DNA from: Octopus sinensis
Lineage: Eukaryota
Assembly (NCBI RefSeq): GCF_006345805.1
Contig: NC_043011.1
Span: 37,584,464 to 37,648,463, forward strand
Length of the DNA stretch: 64,000 nucleotides
Direction: 5' to 3'
The translations under genes were made by a program, and so were the position numbers. Of this stretch, positions 1-13,412 are shown one piece after another. Under the pieces are notes generated by a model that saw only the letters and a list, made by a program, of their open reading frames with translations, ran no database searches and was not told the origin of the DNA. How positions within the stretch are numbered: the stretch's first letter is position 1; each line of letters begins with the position of its first letter.

Positions 1-250
1 GTGTCAGACACTTGAATAAACGAAAAACTACCAATATCCATTTACATATGGTTCTTCAAAGAACAAGGTGTTAACCACAAGATTTACTGGAACTTCTCAG
101 CCAAGAGTAAACTTTATACCAACGGTAGTGCAAAGTGCAGCCTTGTAATATGGAAAGAAGGCGCATCTGGATAATTTCACTCGACCCCGCTGCATGTTTA
201 AATTCAAGAAATGAACTTTTGGGGTTATGTCCATATGTCACAAATACCTG
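1..250 (+). mobile_element. Penelope-like element remnant, C-terminal end of GIY-YIG endonuclease (frameshifted)
   Basis: Translates as ..IYIWFFKEQGVNHKIYWNFSAKSKLYTNGSAKCSL.. and then ..IWIISLDPAACLNSRNELLGLCPY. This matches the PLE endonuclease tail pattern (IW.LK...I.W...CxxC..E...LN.R.E...C.H) also seen at the end of the 32731..33978 ORF. Confidence 0.7.
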
Positions 251-596
251 TTATGGTTTTGCCCCACTCTACAAGTTCAATGCTAGGATTCACGTCTCTA
301 CTACGTTCCTGCACAAGCCTTCCAATACGTTTTAACTTCCATTAATTTTATAATTTTTTATATATATTCTTTCATTGTTTCCTTTTCCTTTTTACTTGCG
401 TGAGTGTGTACGTGTGTGTATATATGTGTATGTATGTACATATATTATATGTATATGTATGTGCGTGTGTGTGTCTATATGTTTCTTTAAAAGTGGAAGA
501 ATGCGTCGGTACATATGTGCGAATTTCATGCACATACTCCACGTCATTTATACGGATACACATATGTTTGTATATATACGGGTGCGTAAATGTATG

Positions 597-679
<83 letters not shown>

Positions 680-1221
680 TATGTATATACACATATATAT
701 ACACACAAACGTTATTATACGTATGTGTATACGTATAAATATCTAAATATATATATATTATGTTACGTGTATGCATGTAAGCCTATGTGTATATGAAGGT
801 CAGTTTGCGTACATATGTACAAATATATGCACGTGTGTGCTTCTGTGTGGGGGTATGTGTGTATGTATGAGTACGCACATATATATGAGTTTGTGTGTGT
901 ACGAGTGTAGACATTGTGAATACAGGTGGTTTATGTTTATGTATTGGGAGAATATGGTTGCGTGCATCTTTTATCTTTTTTCCTTTTTATTTTTCTACCT
1001 ATTAGAGTAACTTCTCTTTTCTTCAACGATTTCATAACGTCTGTTGCGATAAATAGCCGCCAAGAAGGTATCGTAGATCTTCCCTCCGACATTCGGTACT
1101 CAGAGTACTACAATGAACATCTTTTACTAATTGTTCCAAATTATAACATATATAAATACACCTCTGTTTATCTATTATAGAGTTCTCATTCTTTTGTTGT
1201 TACGTTTTATTATTATTATTA

Positions 1222-1291
<70 letters not shown>

Positions 1292-1295
<4 letters not shown>

Positions 1296-1610
1296 TAATT
1301 TATTTTTATAGCGTGCTTTCACTTCACTACCGAGCGCAGCTCTGTGTGCCTTGGGTATGTGCTGTGATTTGTTGTGATGCTCTGATGGTTATTGTATGGA
1401 AAGTGTTCTGCGTAGGATGTGTGCAGTGCCTAGTAGTGCAATTTTCTGTATGTTATATGTGTTTGTAAGTCCTGGTGTTTTTGTTATGTATTTGTCTGAA
1501 TATTTTTTTATCATGCCTAATGCACCTACTATGATAGGAATTGTTTCTGTTTTCAGATTCCACATTCTAGTTACCTCTATTTCCAGGTCTTTGTATTTTG
1601 AGAGTTTCCA

Positions 1611-1611
<1 letters not shown>
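1292..1611 (-). mobile_element. R4/Dong-like non-LTR retrotransposon, 5'-truncated 3' end (restriction-like endonuclease C-terminus plus 3' UTR) inside (TAA)n
   Basis: The non-repetitive part of ORF 1389..1742(-) reads KLSKYKDLEIEVTRMWNLKTETIPIIVGALG...IQKIALLGTAHILRRTL, typical of the R4-clade RLE C-terminus (K..KY..L; P.VVGALG; QK..LLGT..ILR). It is flanked on both sides by (TAA)n. Confidence 0.85.
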
Positions 1612-1687
<76 letters not shown>

Positions 1688-1704
1688 CATTATTATTATT
1701 ATTA

Positions 1705-1738
<34 letters not shown>

Positions 1739-1742
1739 ACAC

Positions 1743-1786
<44 letters not shown>

Positions 1787-1902
1787 TTACAGGAAAATAT
1801 GAATATTATTACAATAATATTAATATCTACCAAGAATAAACCACCTTATATAAGCTATGTGGATCAATGATCGTACTTCGCGTTCACCTGCTGCCTCTCT
1901 CT

Positions 1903-1945
<43 letters not shown>

Positions 1946-1966
1946 TATATATATATATAATGGGAT

Positions 1967-2013
<47 letters not shown>

Positions 2014-2073
2014 TGCTATTTCTAAAATTTTCGGTATGTGGTCAAGCAACTTTATGCAACACCCTTATTGTTA

Positions 2074-2104
<31 letters not shown>

Positions 2105-2689
2105 TCCCAATCCGAATTTGTGTCAATGTTTATAGAAGACTCTATGAGGTGAATAAATTTGAAACATGGTCTGGTTTTCAAGTTTATTTTATTATTGTAT
2201 TTAAAAAATTTCTCTTTTATAAATTTTGAAGTGTGTTAAACATGAAAATAAACAGTTTGTATTATCCCTAAAGTTCAATTACCGTTTCCATACATTCGTA
2301 GTACTCATCAGCTTTCAATATGTATTTAACTCACAGTTGAGTCTTTGACAACTGTAGTAAGATGGCTAATTTCTTCCTTTTCAATCTTCTTACAAGACTC
2401 GAACAAGCTGAATTTTTGGAGCACATTTTTGACCAATCCGCATGCACTTAACGTCACAGTTTGCCGGGTGTACCAATATTATTGGCGTAGATCCTGTTTG
2501 TATTTTAACCAATTAGCTTGCGGTTTACTTCTAACGGTTTTATGAGTGAGCAAACCTAGTTGGTTTTGATCGTTTTTATTTCAGTCAGTGGGAGTATTCT
2601 GTAATTTGTTTATATTCATATGTTAAATATATTTTTTTAAATCCACATCATTAATTTGTTGTTATATTATTGTTGTTATTTCCGTTCAG

Positions 2690-3330
2690 AACAGGTTTGA
2701 ACATTGAATTTTTGTCTTTACTTTCCTCCTAACCTCATTTGTGTCATGTAGATTCTGGAAAGGAAGAGTTAGAAATATGTTCTAACCGCAAGTTTCTATA
2801 TGTTCGCTTTATGGAATTTGGCGAACTTTAATTTTCCGGATTTGTTGTTTGTAGTCTCGTGAGCGTTCCGATAATTCATACTCTCTCTCTCTCGCCAATC
2901 TATAGTTCCTCACAATTAGGAGATTTAATGCAGTATATTAAATTTCTGCTTTTGAAGTTCATATCTGCATTTTCGAAAGTTTGTCCATGTTTTGTTCTAA
3001 TTGATCTACCAGTATTCATGTATTGACACGTTCCACATCTGTTATCCTTACACTTGGATACTGTGAATGTTTTGTCCTGTTTCTTCATGCTGAATTTTGC
3101 TTTTTGTTAATAGCTTTTTAGGTTATGTGGTTGCCGTTTGCTTAAGATAAGCGTTTGATTATTTATTATGTTTTATTTTAAATTTTCCACATTGTTTCAT
3201 GATTGGCAGATTTGTTTTAATGATCTTAAAAAGGTTGTGGTGATGTGGAATGCATGTTTCTAGAAACGGTATTTTGTTCCATTGACGGTTTCGTTTTTCT
3301 CGTGTTGCTCCAAGTTATGTATCTATATAT
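2690..3330 (-). mobile_element. Degraded Penelope-like element (Neptune-type Cys linker plus GIY-YIG)
   Basis: Minus strand reads SKCKDNRCGTCQY...SRNLIYCIKSPNCEEL*IGE...QQIRKIKVRQIP*SEHIETCG: a CxxxRCxTC linker, then LIY...YIG (Tyr codon mutated to TAG) and the downstream H..C motif. Confidence 0.75.
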
Positions 3331-3458
3331 GCAATAAAACCTTTTACAGCTGTCTATATAGATTGGTTAATGTAAATATATCGTTTAGATGCAGACGTCT
3401 GCGGTGGTCGCCCTGAGGTACGATAATGTATGGACATTGTGTGTATAATAACGCAACA

Positions 3459-3492
<34 letters not shown>

Positions 3493-5559
3493 AAGAAGAA
3501 AGGTTTTCTTAGTCTCGTTTAGCAAGGACACCAGATGCATGTCGATCTTTTGGGCCATTATCATTGGCGCGAAATCACAGCCGACTTCAAATCTAGACGA
3601 TATTTGTCTGATACATAGGAAAACAGGAAAAATATATTCCTTTGAATAATTTTATTGTGACTATTTGCTGACCTCGCCTTGCATGTATAGAAGTGAACCA
3701 TCAACGATCTGGACGTCAACACATTTGGAGTCTATCTTACTACAAAGTGAACTGCTAATGCTGTCTTAAGGTGTAGTCACACTTGGATCATTCACAGGTA
3801 CCCATGACTTTAGAGAGACGAATATATTATATTTATGCTGTTGATGATTACAAAAGGCCCCTACTCATTAATTTGGTGAGTGTCGTATATGTTTGTATCT
3901 TGACCCATTTCACGAAACGAAACAAAAGGAAGAATTAAAGGAATGAAGTAGCACTGCTGCCGGATATGGAAACTCGGACATCGGAATTTGTATTACATCA
4001 CGTTTTATACCAAGAATCCAATAATCTCATCAAAGTAGAAGAATAAAAATAGAAACCAGATGGGATATTTAAATCAAATTCAGAATTGAAAGTGAATACA
4101 TTTCAAAACCATACAAAAACATGGAATGAAATGATTGGAAAAATCTGACAGCTACATGATAATAAGAATAAGTTGAGCTATTGAACTGTAGAAATATTGC
4201 TACATGCAAATAACATATCATCACAAGCTGTTTGAGTACACACACACACGTATATATACATATACATATATGAATAAATATGTACATATATACATATGTG
4301 TGTGTGTGAGTAGGTGTGTGTACATGAGTGTGTGCGTGTTTGAATTATTTGAATTGTTAATATACATTTACATATATACACACACACATATGTATATCTG
4401 AATTATTTGAATTGATAATATACATACATACATACCTACATATACATATATATATATATATGTGTGTGTGTGTATGTGTGTGTGTGTATGTATATATATA
4501 TATATATGTGTGTATGTATATGTATGTATGTATGTATGTTTGCATGTGTGTATATATAATCCGGTGTGATTAATTTAATTTCGAAATACATCTCTTACGT
4601 CGAAAACACTTTTATTAATGTTGAAATAATAAGAAAATGAAACGTACTACCTCCACCAACACCAACACCACCACCGCCCACTACCAACACTACCACCATC
4701 AACAACAACATCAACAGCAAGAAATAAATTAAATTATATCAATAGAAATTTTAAAATTACGAAATAAAACAGACAATCGAATAAATAATCGAATCAGATA
4801 AATTAGTTGTAACATCAAAGGAAAACCAAAGCAAATTATGTAAAAAGGAAAAGTATTCTATTCAAATTCTTAGATATAACTACAAAATATTCTATTTAAA
4901 TAAGAAAAAAAGGTGTAGTTAAAACAAACAAACAAAACAACCATCGCTTTTACGTAGTATGAAGGCTTTTCCCAATATTTTTATTGATACGAATATGGAA
5001 AACTCTCCAATATGAGGTAAGCAAAAGAGATTTAATGTCGTGTAGTAAAACAGAAATATCAATAAGCTTTCTCGCATTATCTTTCATAATCTTGTCACGG
5101 AGAAATTGATTTAAAACATAGGTGACTATAAGTTCTTCTTCGATATTCTTCTACGACAAAACATGCTGTTGTAGATGAAAAATCAATAAAATATGTAGAA
5201 AACAATGCAATTATATGACCTTGGGGAGAAGTGAGAGAGAAGGGGAAAGATGGATGAAAATGCAGGGTTTTTTTTTTAGGTAATGTAACACTCATATGTT
5301 TAACGAAACCACAACAAACAAGCCCTCATATCCACTCGAGCTGAAACGTCGAAGGGGCTATTTTCATAAAGTGCTGTTTGACACTTGGCCACGAGTTCAA
5401 ATCCTTCATCTACAGTACGTCAATCCTATCATTTAATGGGTATTGCGTTAAAAAGAAACTCTTAAATGTGACAGTAAAAAATGAATAATAGGGCAAATGG
5501 AAAAATGGATTTCACTCCGATACCGTAAGTAGTACTGGACATTGCTGATAGCTACTCAG

Positions 5560-6900
5560 GCGCACTTTTGCGGTCTAAGCAGAGTCTTTGATTGATTTTC
5601 GGTTCGTGTTATCACAGATCGATTCGTGAGGAGCGTAATCCGGTTCGCAATTAATGCAGTTCGTTATCTTCGATCAGTGATGGACGAATCACTTGTAAAC
5701 TAGAATATATATGCAAGTAAGGAAGTAAATATTGTTAAATTTAGTGTTTATTGTTGTTATATCAATCATTCGTTCCCTGTGTAAAAGGCCATAAAGGCGC
5801 ATCTCAGCAGTTCGAGCAGTATATGTCACATCACATTGCATTGCTGGACATATGCAACAATACATTGTTACAATGCATTACAATAAGAAAATCTCGGTTT
5901 AGAAAACTTCTCAGCAGCGTGTATATACCCACAAAAACACCATCTTTACAAGAAATGTAGGATTGCACCGCACGGGTATCTTTCGAATTTTACCATCCGA
6001 AAGGTATTTTTTAAACCGAATAGTTACGTAGTGGTATTTAAAGATTTTCTGATATTTTGCTTTCATTCGTAACTGACGGATATTCACGCAGACAATGTCA
6101 GCTTGTAAATCTTGTCTTCTGATTGAATGAAAATGATCAATCTTTGCACTTCTGTAAGATTTCATTCAAAGTTCTCTAGAGTAAATGAGTCCAAACGCCC
6201 CAAGTCACACGTCGTGCGCATCTGGATATGCAAACTTATTACTGTCAATCTGCCATGTCACGTCACTTGCAGCTATTCACCTTCTTGGTAAATATCCTCC
6301 GCACAGGCATCATTTCATATTTTGCCGTTTATTGCTTTGGTACACTCTTGGGGTGGATCGTATTGACGACCTTACAGATCTAATGTTCTAAAAAAGAATT
6401 ATTTCACGTTCTCAACTCGAAAGTTTTAAATTTTCTATGACTTGATGTATTTTTTCTCTTGCAGTCGATGTTTTCTAAGATTTCTTTAATTTTCTTCTAA
6501 CTTTTGCGTACCAATTTGGTTTTGTTTGATTATTATGAAAATGAAATCTCTTTGTTTCATAAATTAATAAATAAAAATTTAATATCGTTTAACATTTCAA
6601 AATTTTTGGTAATTCTAATCAATCGGAAGCTACGAATATAGTGCCACCGTGGTTCACATTGAGTCTGCAGTCTAACCGAACCAACAATACCACGTAGATT
6701 TTCTTTGCCAGTGTGTTATATCTGACGACGAAATCCTGTATATTTGTACTTCATTTTCGTTAGTACCTCATTTCCATCTTTTTCACTTGTGTTTTCGAGA
6801 AACGAAGCATCTTTTCGGTTGCTGCCATCACAGAGTTAGTTTGAAATTTTGTTAACCCATTTTCATAATTTTTGAAAATTTAGTAATTCTTTACGTGAAT
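5560..6900 (-). mobile_element. Possible heavily degraded hAT-type DNA transposase remnant
   Basis: Minus-strand fragments IPVRCNPTFLV (resembles hAT P.TRWNSTFLM), DAHDV (resembles CxxH) and TADSM*T (resembles LTxDxWT) occur in a plausible order. Many stops; weak support only. Confidence 0.3.
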
Positions 6901-8480
6901 TGAACTACAATATAACTGGCGAACGTTTTTGTCATTTTTCGAAAAATACACTCTTTGTGTAGTTCGGCTTCAAAATTGTGTACATGTCTGTACGATCGTT
7001 TTACATCCCTTTATAACATTTTAAACCTTACAACTCACATCTTAATGTTTTGCTTCCGTGTTGTTTACTAAAAGTTCGTCGTTGTAATACCTGCTTTAAT
7101 TTTGTGACAGAGAGCTCTCAAGCAGAAAATGCATGTTTCCAAATTGTGCTTTCTGATTGGCTAAAAATTATCGAATTTCGCATTACTGTAACTCTCTGGA
7201 ATAGATGAACCACAAAATCTGGAATAAATAAATCACAGAATTACGCCAATATACCAAATTTGAAAATGTTCACTTACTTTTAAAATTGTGATATCTGTGA
7301 TATCTATGGAAAGGAGCCGACTTCAATAGTATACACAGTTATATATAAATATGACTTTATATTCAAAAGCCTCTCTATTACTCTCCTTCTCTCTCTCTCT
7401 ATCTCGCTCTCTCCATTTATGTGTTTGCGTAGGTATGCTATATGTCTATTCACACATAAAACAAAACGCCAACACACACGTTTATTTGTGAGTGTGTGTG
7501 CCTGCTTGCTTGTGGATGTCATTGCTCTCATTATTTCTCATAAGCTCCGATCGTGCAGGTACATGAACACAGGTGTTTCGTAACGAGTTAATGTGCAATA
7601 GATTATAAGATTTCCGCATGTACTTAAATTAAGTAGATGGACCTGTAGTTATTGATGGTGCATCCAAACGTCGCAAGTAACAAGTCGTGTTTATTTGCAT
7701 ATCTGCATTCGCTATCTGCATACCTGCATTACATTGCCGTACATATTTCTTATCGTTTATCACTCTCTTGTCACGTCATTTGCAGATATTCCCATTCACG
7801 GTAGATCATCTCCACTCATGCACCATTTCTTTCTTTGCTTTTCATCGCTGCGGTATATTCCTAGAGAACCTTCTCCTTTCAAAGTTGCTGACCTTGCGAC
7901 TGAATAAGAAACAGCCGTATTTTCTTCTTGGTTCATTAGATTCCACGTTCATATCGGCCCTTTTACTCCATATTGCAACTGATAGTCACTAGCAGTAAAA
8001 TCAAATAAAACAAGATATATTTTGTATGATCACCACCAGGGCCAATAACTCTAATATTATTTATAATATTGATAGAAGTTAGGTAGAAATTTAAGAGCAT
8101 ACTACAAGACAAAACGTCTTAAGGTATTTTTCTGGTTCTTTACTTTTCATCAATTCTAAGTCGGTGATTAAAGGCCGCCTGTCTTTAGAATATGTCTAAA
8201 GTATTGCCTTGTGTTAAATTTACTGTATCCTCTGCTCTGTAAATTCTGTACTATAAAGATTGTGTTAAATTTTATCACTTTATCCAGCGCTCTTTATAAT
8301 TTACAGCAGAACGTCTCATGGAAGACGGAACGCTAGTGTCACCATAAACGAAGAAACATTCGAATATGTCAACGTGTTCTCACAGAGAAAAATAATACGA
8401 TACAGAACCTGCCAGAAAATGGCACTACATGCTGTATACTAACAAAAGATGGTAATATAAAGTAAAATCATACGTATAAA

Positions 8481-8997
8481 TCTATATATATATATAAAAC
8501 TGTAGTTGTGTGAGTATATGTCCCCTTCGATTTAGATTCCTAACTACTCCCACATTTTGCGGTGCAGTTTAACCAAATTCGGGTATCTTATAGTCGTGAT
8601 TCATATCGAGCCCGTCTGGCTATTAGCGCGCGTCTACGATGAGTCTACGATTTTAAAAATAATTTAACATCATTTTTTATTCCATTTTAATGCATAATTT
8701 TTCGTGTGTCGATGGCGGCGGAGTTGGCGTCCATGGTCACACCTGCACCTGTTTGCTTCTCCCCCTTCTTCCCTCCCTCGTGAAGCTGTGGGGAAGGGAG
8801 TGTAAGGAAATCAACGTCGTAAAGCGTTGTCAAGGAGACCAGCGTTCTTTTAGAACAACGACTTCATGGCTTGAAGACACCAAAACAGAAATGGCTAAGA
8901 AAGCCCGAATTGGCATCTATAAGGGAAGTAACTCTCTAAAAATGCTTATATAGTTATTTCCCTTACAAACCCGAGCAACGCCGGGCGATACTGCTAG
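8481..8997 (+). mobile_element. Non-autonomous Helitron
   Basis: Begins TC after an A (a|TCTATATA..) and ends with hairpin CCCG-AGCAACGC-CGGG followed by ..CTAG|t. No target-site duplication. These are canonical Helitron termini. Confidence 0.8.
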
Positions 8998-9823
8998 TTA
9001 CATATAAAATACATATAGAGTACAATCATACATATCCAAACACACTCGTACGGCGCACACTCTCGGGCATACACACGCACAGACTTACACACTCGCAAAC
9101 ACACAAACATACAAATATGTGAATATACACATATGATGTGGAAAATATTCCATAAATATTGGATAAATGATCTTGGTATCAATTTTGAAATCCACCCAAG
9201 ACTTGGTCCGCGTGCTATCAGCTCACTACAAAAATCGAACTCAAGACAAATAACAATATAACGAAACAAATACTTTACCTCAACAGGTCCAGCTCTCTTT
9301 AATATTACACCAAAATAGCAAAAAGGCGGGGGATCAGATCCCATAAAACTCAAAGGTTTTCTGCACAAATTTCTCTAAAACCTCCCAGATATGTCTCCAC
9401 CAATAATAACTATTTGCTAGACTGAGTCAAGGAGTACCATATATGACCGACGTGTGTATCACACCCCAAAAGTTTTCACCAGAGGGTGTTACTAAGCTAC
9501 ACATGGCCTGGGCTTACAACCCATCTAAGTTATATAAGTTATGTATAATATATCATATATTGGTTTTTACCGAAGATGGCCAGGAATTTTTCTGGAAGCT
9601 AGTCTGTTAGATCCATTCTTACTACCCTTTTAATTATGGGTGTACAAACGCTTATCTATTTATATATATTTATATACACACAAATGTATATAATCGTATA
9701 CATGAATATATTTGTGCATATATTTTTACATCCACAGTGTGTGTGGGGGTGTCTATATATGTCGGAGCTGGGTATATATGTATATATGTATGCGTGTTTG
9801 TGTGTATGTTCTGTATAGAAATG

Positions 9824-9873
<50 letters not shown>

Positions 9874-9929
9874 GTACAGGTACGTGTGTGTGTGTATACC
9901 TATATATGTACTTATATGTAGTTGAAATG

Positions 9930-10110
9930 TACAGAAAAACAAAAGACGAAGACAGGTGTATAAACAACAGTCAGGTGTATTCGTTTAACGCTCGGGAAGG
10001 TGAGAATGTATTTTTACGTTTCGAGCCTACGCTCTTCAACAGAAAGGAACACGAGGAAATAAACAGAGAGAATAAAGAAAAAAAACCTTTTGGATTTAGC
10101 GGTCAATGAC
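9930..10110 (-). mobile_element. Short dispersed repeat with a hammerhead-like motif (probable PLE terminal-repeat fragment); copy 1 of 3
   Basis: Similar to 34552..34745 and 43390..43522. Minus strand at 10011..10046 reads CTTT-CTGTTGA-AGAGC-GTAG-GCTC-GAAAC-GTA-AAAA. Confidence 0.6.
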
Positions 10111-11538
10111 GGCCACAAGGATCAGAATGGTTGAAAAAATGACAAAATAAAAAAAATGACAGAGAATACTGGAATTATTTAATATTTAGTGTGAAGCCCT
10201 TTAGCTTCAATCACACTTTGACATATTCGACGGCATGAGGAAATTAAATTTTCAATTTCTTGCTAGGTGATCTTATTCCATTCTTCCTGAAGGGCATTCC
10301 ATAATCGCTCGGTTGTTTTAGGATTTCTGGCTTTCAAACGTTCTCCTAGATTATTCCACACATTTTCAATAGGATTGAGATCTGGGCTTTGAGCAGGCCA
10401 ATCCATAATAATAACCTTTTCAGCCTTGAGGAAGTTCATGACCACATTAGCCTTGTGACATGGGGCATTGTCCTGCATGAATATGGGTGGTCGCTTAGTT
10501 GAAATTCTCAGGACAGGCAAGACATGATCTTTTACAAGTTGTATATAAACTCCTGCATTTACCTTTCCATGTAATCGCACCAAAGAGCCCACACCATCTC
10601 CAGATATCATTCCCCAAACCATGACACTTGCTCCACCGAATTTAACACTAGTCTTAAGGCATTTAGGCGACAATTTTTCACCTACTTTTCAACGAACGTA
10701 CCTTTTCCCATCTGAGCTAAATAACATAAACTTAGATTCATCACTGAAATGCGCCGTTTGCCATTTCTCTTGAGACCACAACACATGTTCGGTTGCAAAG
10801 GTAAGACGACACTTTTTTATTTTTGGAGCTGATCAGTGGCTTCACTGCAGGTGATTTCGCTTCTAGGTTATGTTCAACTAAACGATGAGACACAGTTTTT
10901 CGAGATAACGTTTTCTTCAGTACAACGCTCATTTCCCGACAAACAGCAGCAGCAATTTTAAATCTGTCCTTTTTAACCAACTTTACCATAGCACGATCTT
11001 CTCTCTTGGTCGTTTTTCTTGGCCTACCTGTAGACTTCCTTGCTTCACATGAACCACAATCATCGAAGACCTTAAGAATACCGTGAACAACACTTTTTGA
11101 CTTGTTAACAATCTTTGCAATAGACTCAATACTTAAATTATCCTTCTTTCGAAGTTTAATAATCTGTTGACGAATTGGTAACGGGATAAGTGGCATTATA
11201 TAAACAAAGTACACTGCAGATATTATTACTAATGTTTAGTAAACGAACCATCACGTGAAGAAATTCAAAACATTAGAGTTCGCCAGTTTAATATACTAAA
11301 ATACGGAGTAAAAGCAACCTTTCTGATCATTTTGACCGCCATGGGTTTTGTGGTATATCACTAAATCATCCATAACTTTTGTATTATTCGCTCAAATTAC
11401 ACCACAATCTCAGACAATAACATTAATATCGTATTTATTGTGTGTGAAAATTATAGAATATAAAACAACTTTGATAAAACTTATACCTTCTTTTCTTGCG
11501 AAGACTATGCCGTTCTGAAAATGTTGGCCTCAACTGAA
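10111..11538 (-). mobile_element. Tc1-family DNA transposon with DD34E transposase pseudogene
   Basis: ORF 10741..11214 encodes the HTH region (GRPRKTT.REDR). ORF 10263..10673 encodes VMVWG, FMQDNAPCH and WPAQSPDLNPIE, with 34 residues between D and E. FSDESKF lies in the intervening frame, with a frameshift and a stop. The right end reads CAGTTGAGGCC.. on the minus strand. Confidence 0.9.
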
Positions 11539-12301
11539 TATAACTTATACTTCTATTTAATTGAACACCATGCATCCCTTTTCAAGCGAATATATATATA
11601 TGAGTGTGTGACTTTATGTGTGTGTGCAAGTATGCATGTACGTGTGTGTGTGTGTGGATATATATATATATGTGTGTGAGTGAGTTCGTGTATTTATGTA
11701 TGTACATGTATGTACACTATGTCTACGAACTTAATGCGTATGTTTTTGACCATATTGGTAATTATACTTGCTAGCAGGTTCTTATTTTGTCTATTACGGC
11801 TCTTTACAAAACCATTTCATACGAAAATGACCACTCCAAAAATTTCCATTCATTATTCTTGGTCTACTTAATTCTCCGTCGAATCTCTTGCTTTTTTTTG
11901 TGTCTGTGTATGTATATATTTGTGATTATATGTGAATGAATAGTTGTATATATGTGCTTGTGCTTTTCTGCGTGTAGGCGTGTGTAATGTCTTATGCTTT
12001 TCTGCTTGTGTGTACTTTTTATATGTATGAGTACGTCTCTCTCCACTCTTTCTCTCTCTCTCCATACACATATGTTTATAGGGCATGTGTACAGGTGCGC
12101 GTGTGTGTCTGAGTACTTTAGTGTTTGTATATATGTATGTGTTTATGTTTGTAATTAAACACTCCCTATTGACTACAAGAATCACCCTTTCTAAACTTAA
12201 AATCATCAAACTATAAAAGTGCAAACATTTTCAGGAAAGCAATTTCTGTTCATTTTATACAAATATATAATAGTGTAGCAAGGATATTCTATACCTTATT
12301 C

Positions 12302-12335
<34 letters not shown>

Positions 12336-12439
12336 GTGTATGTGCGTGTGTGTGTACATATCATATCGTATCATATATATATATATATATGCATACATAT
12401 ATATGTGTGTGTGTGTGTGTATGTATGTATATATATATA

Positions 12440-13020
12440 TACATAGGAAAATACAAAATGGGACAACAAAACATCCAGATAGACGATACAAAGAAAACAA
12501 GGACGGATCATTCGCAGTTACTTTCCTCAGTCGATTACCTGATTATCTTCGGAATTTCGGTTGATTATACTCGAGATTACTCCAATCTGGCCAGCCCTAA
12601 AGAAAAACTAAGCTAAGAGCATTAGATTTCTTGGAAGAAAGCAGCGAATGTACGAAAACAAGGACAAGAAAACACGCAGAATGTTTCACAAATACAATAA
12701 AAATAATATAAACAGGCAAAACAATAGGTGTCTTTCAACTAAATTAAACTGTAGTGTGTGGAAATAAAGCCTTATGGCAGGGATACAGTGTTCGAAAGAG
12801 CATGGAGGAATATCGGTGCTGCAAGGACGACGGCCGGACAGGAAGAAAGATCAGGCTTGTGAGAACGCCGGTCAGGTGGGAAGAGAAAAGAGAGGTAGAT
12901 GCAGAGAGACAGAAAAAATAAAGAGGGCCGAGAAAAAATGACAGGGACAAAGTGAAGTGTAAGGTGGAAGGAAAGTGAGCAAGAACAGAAGGCAAGGAAA
13001 TGTGAATGAGTGGGACACAA
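12440..13020 (-). mobile_element. Dispersed repeat, probably PLE terminal-repeat derived
   Basis: Shares motifs (..CGAATGAYCC.TC.TTGTTT.., CAAGAAAACA) with the foldback repeat at 16862..17082. It is the apparent donor of the templated insert at 14728..14799. Confidence 0.4.
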
Positions 13021-13037
13021 ACACACATATACATTTA

Positions 13038-13116
<79 letters not shown>

Positions 13117-13204
13117 GTATATGTGTGTATATATATATATATGTGTGTGTGTGTGTATGTAATATATATACCCCCGACACACATATATATATATATGTGT
13201 GTGT

Positions 13205-13412
13205 CGTTATGTCTGTGCTTTCCTCACCCCGGTGACAACCCCGCTGTTGGTGTGTTTGTGCCCACATACCTTAGCATTTTGGCAAAATAGACCAACATAA
13301 TAAATACTAGCTTAAAGCAATTAAATCTTCAGGGTTCATGTGATGGAATGAAAACCTTGAAGGCTATGCCCCAGCATGGCCGCAGTCGAAAGACTGAAAT
13401 AAGTAATAAAGA
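13205..13412 (+). mobile_element. SINE 3' module (..GCYCCAGCATGRCCGCAGTC..GACT.AA..AAGTAA tail)
   Basis: Similar to 15495..15650 and to a minus-strand fragment at about 49650..49697. Confidence 0.6.

Noticed and set aside
372-796. Numerous ORFs rich in YI/IY/CV/HT dipeptides, here and throughout the window
   Set aside because: They are translations of (TA)n, (TG)n and (CA)n microsatellites, which lack stop codons. They are not genes.
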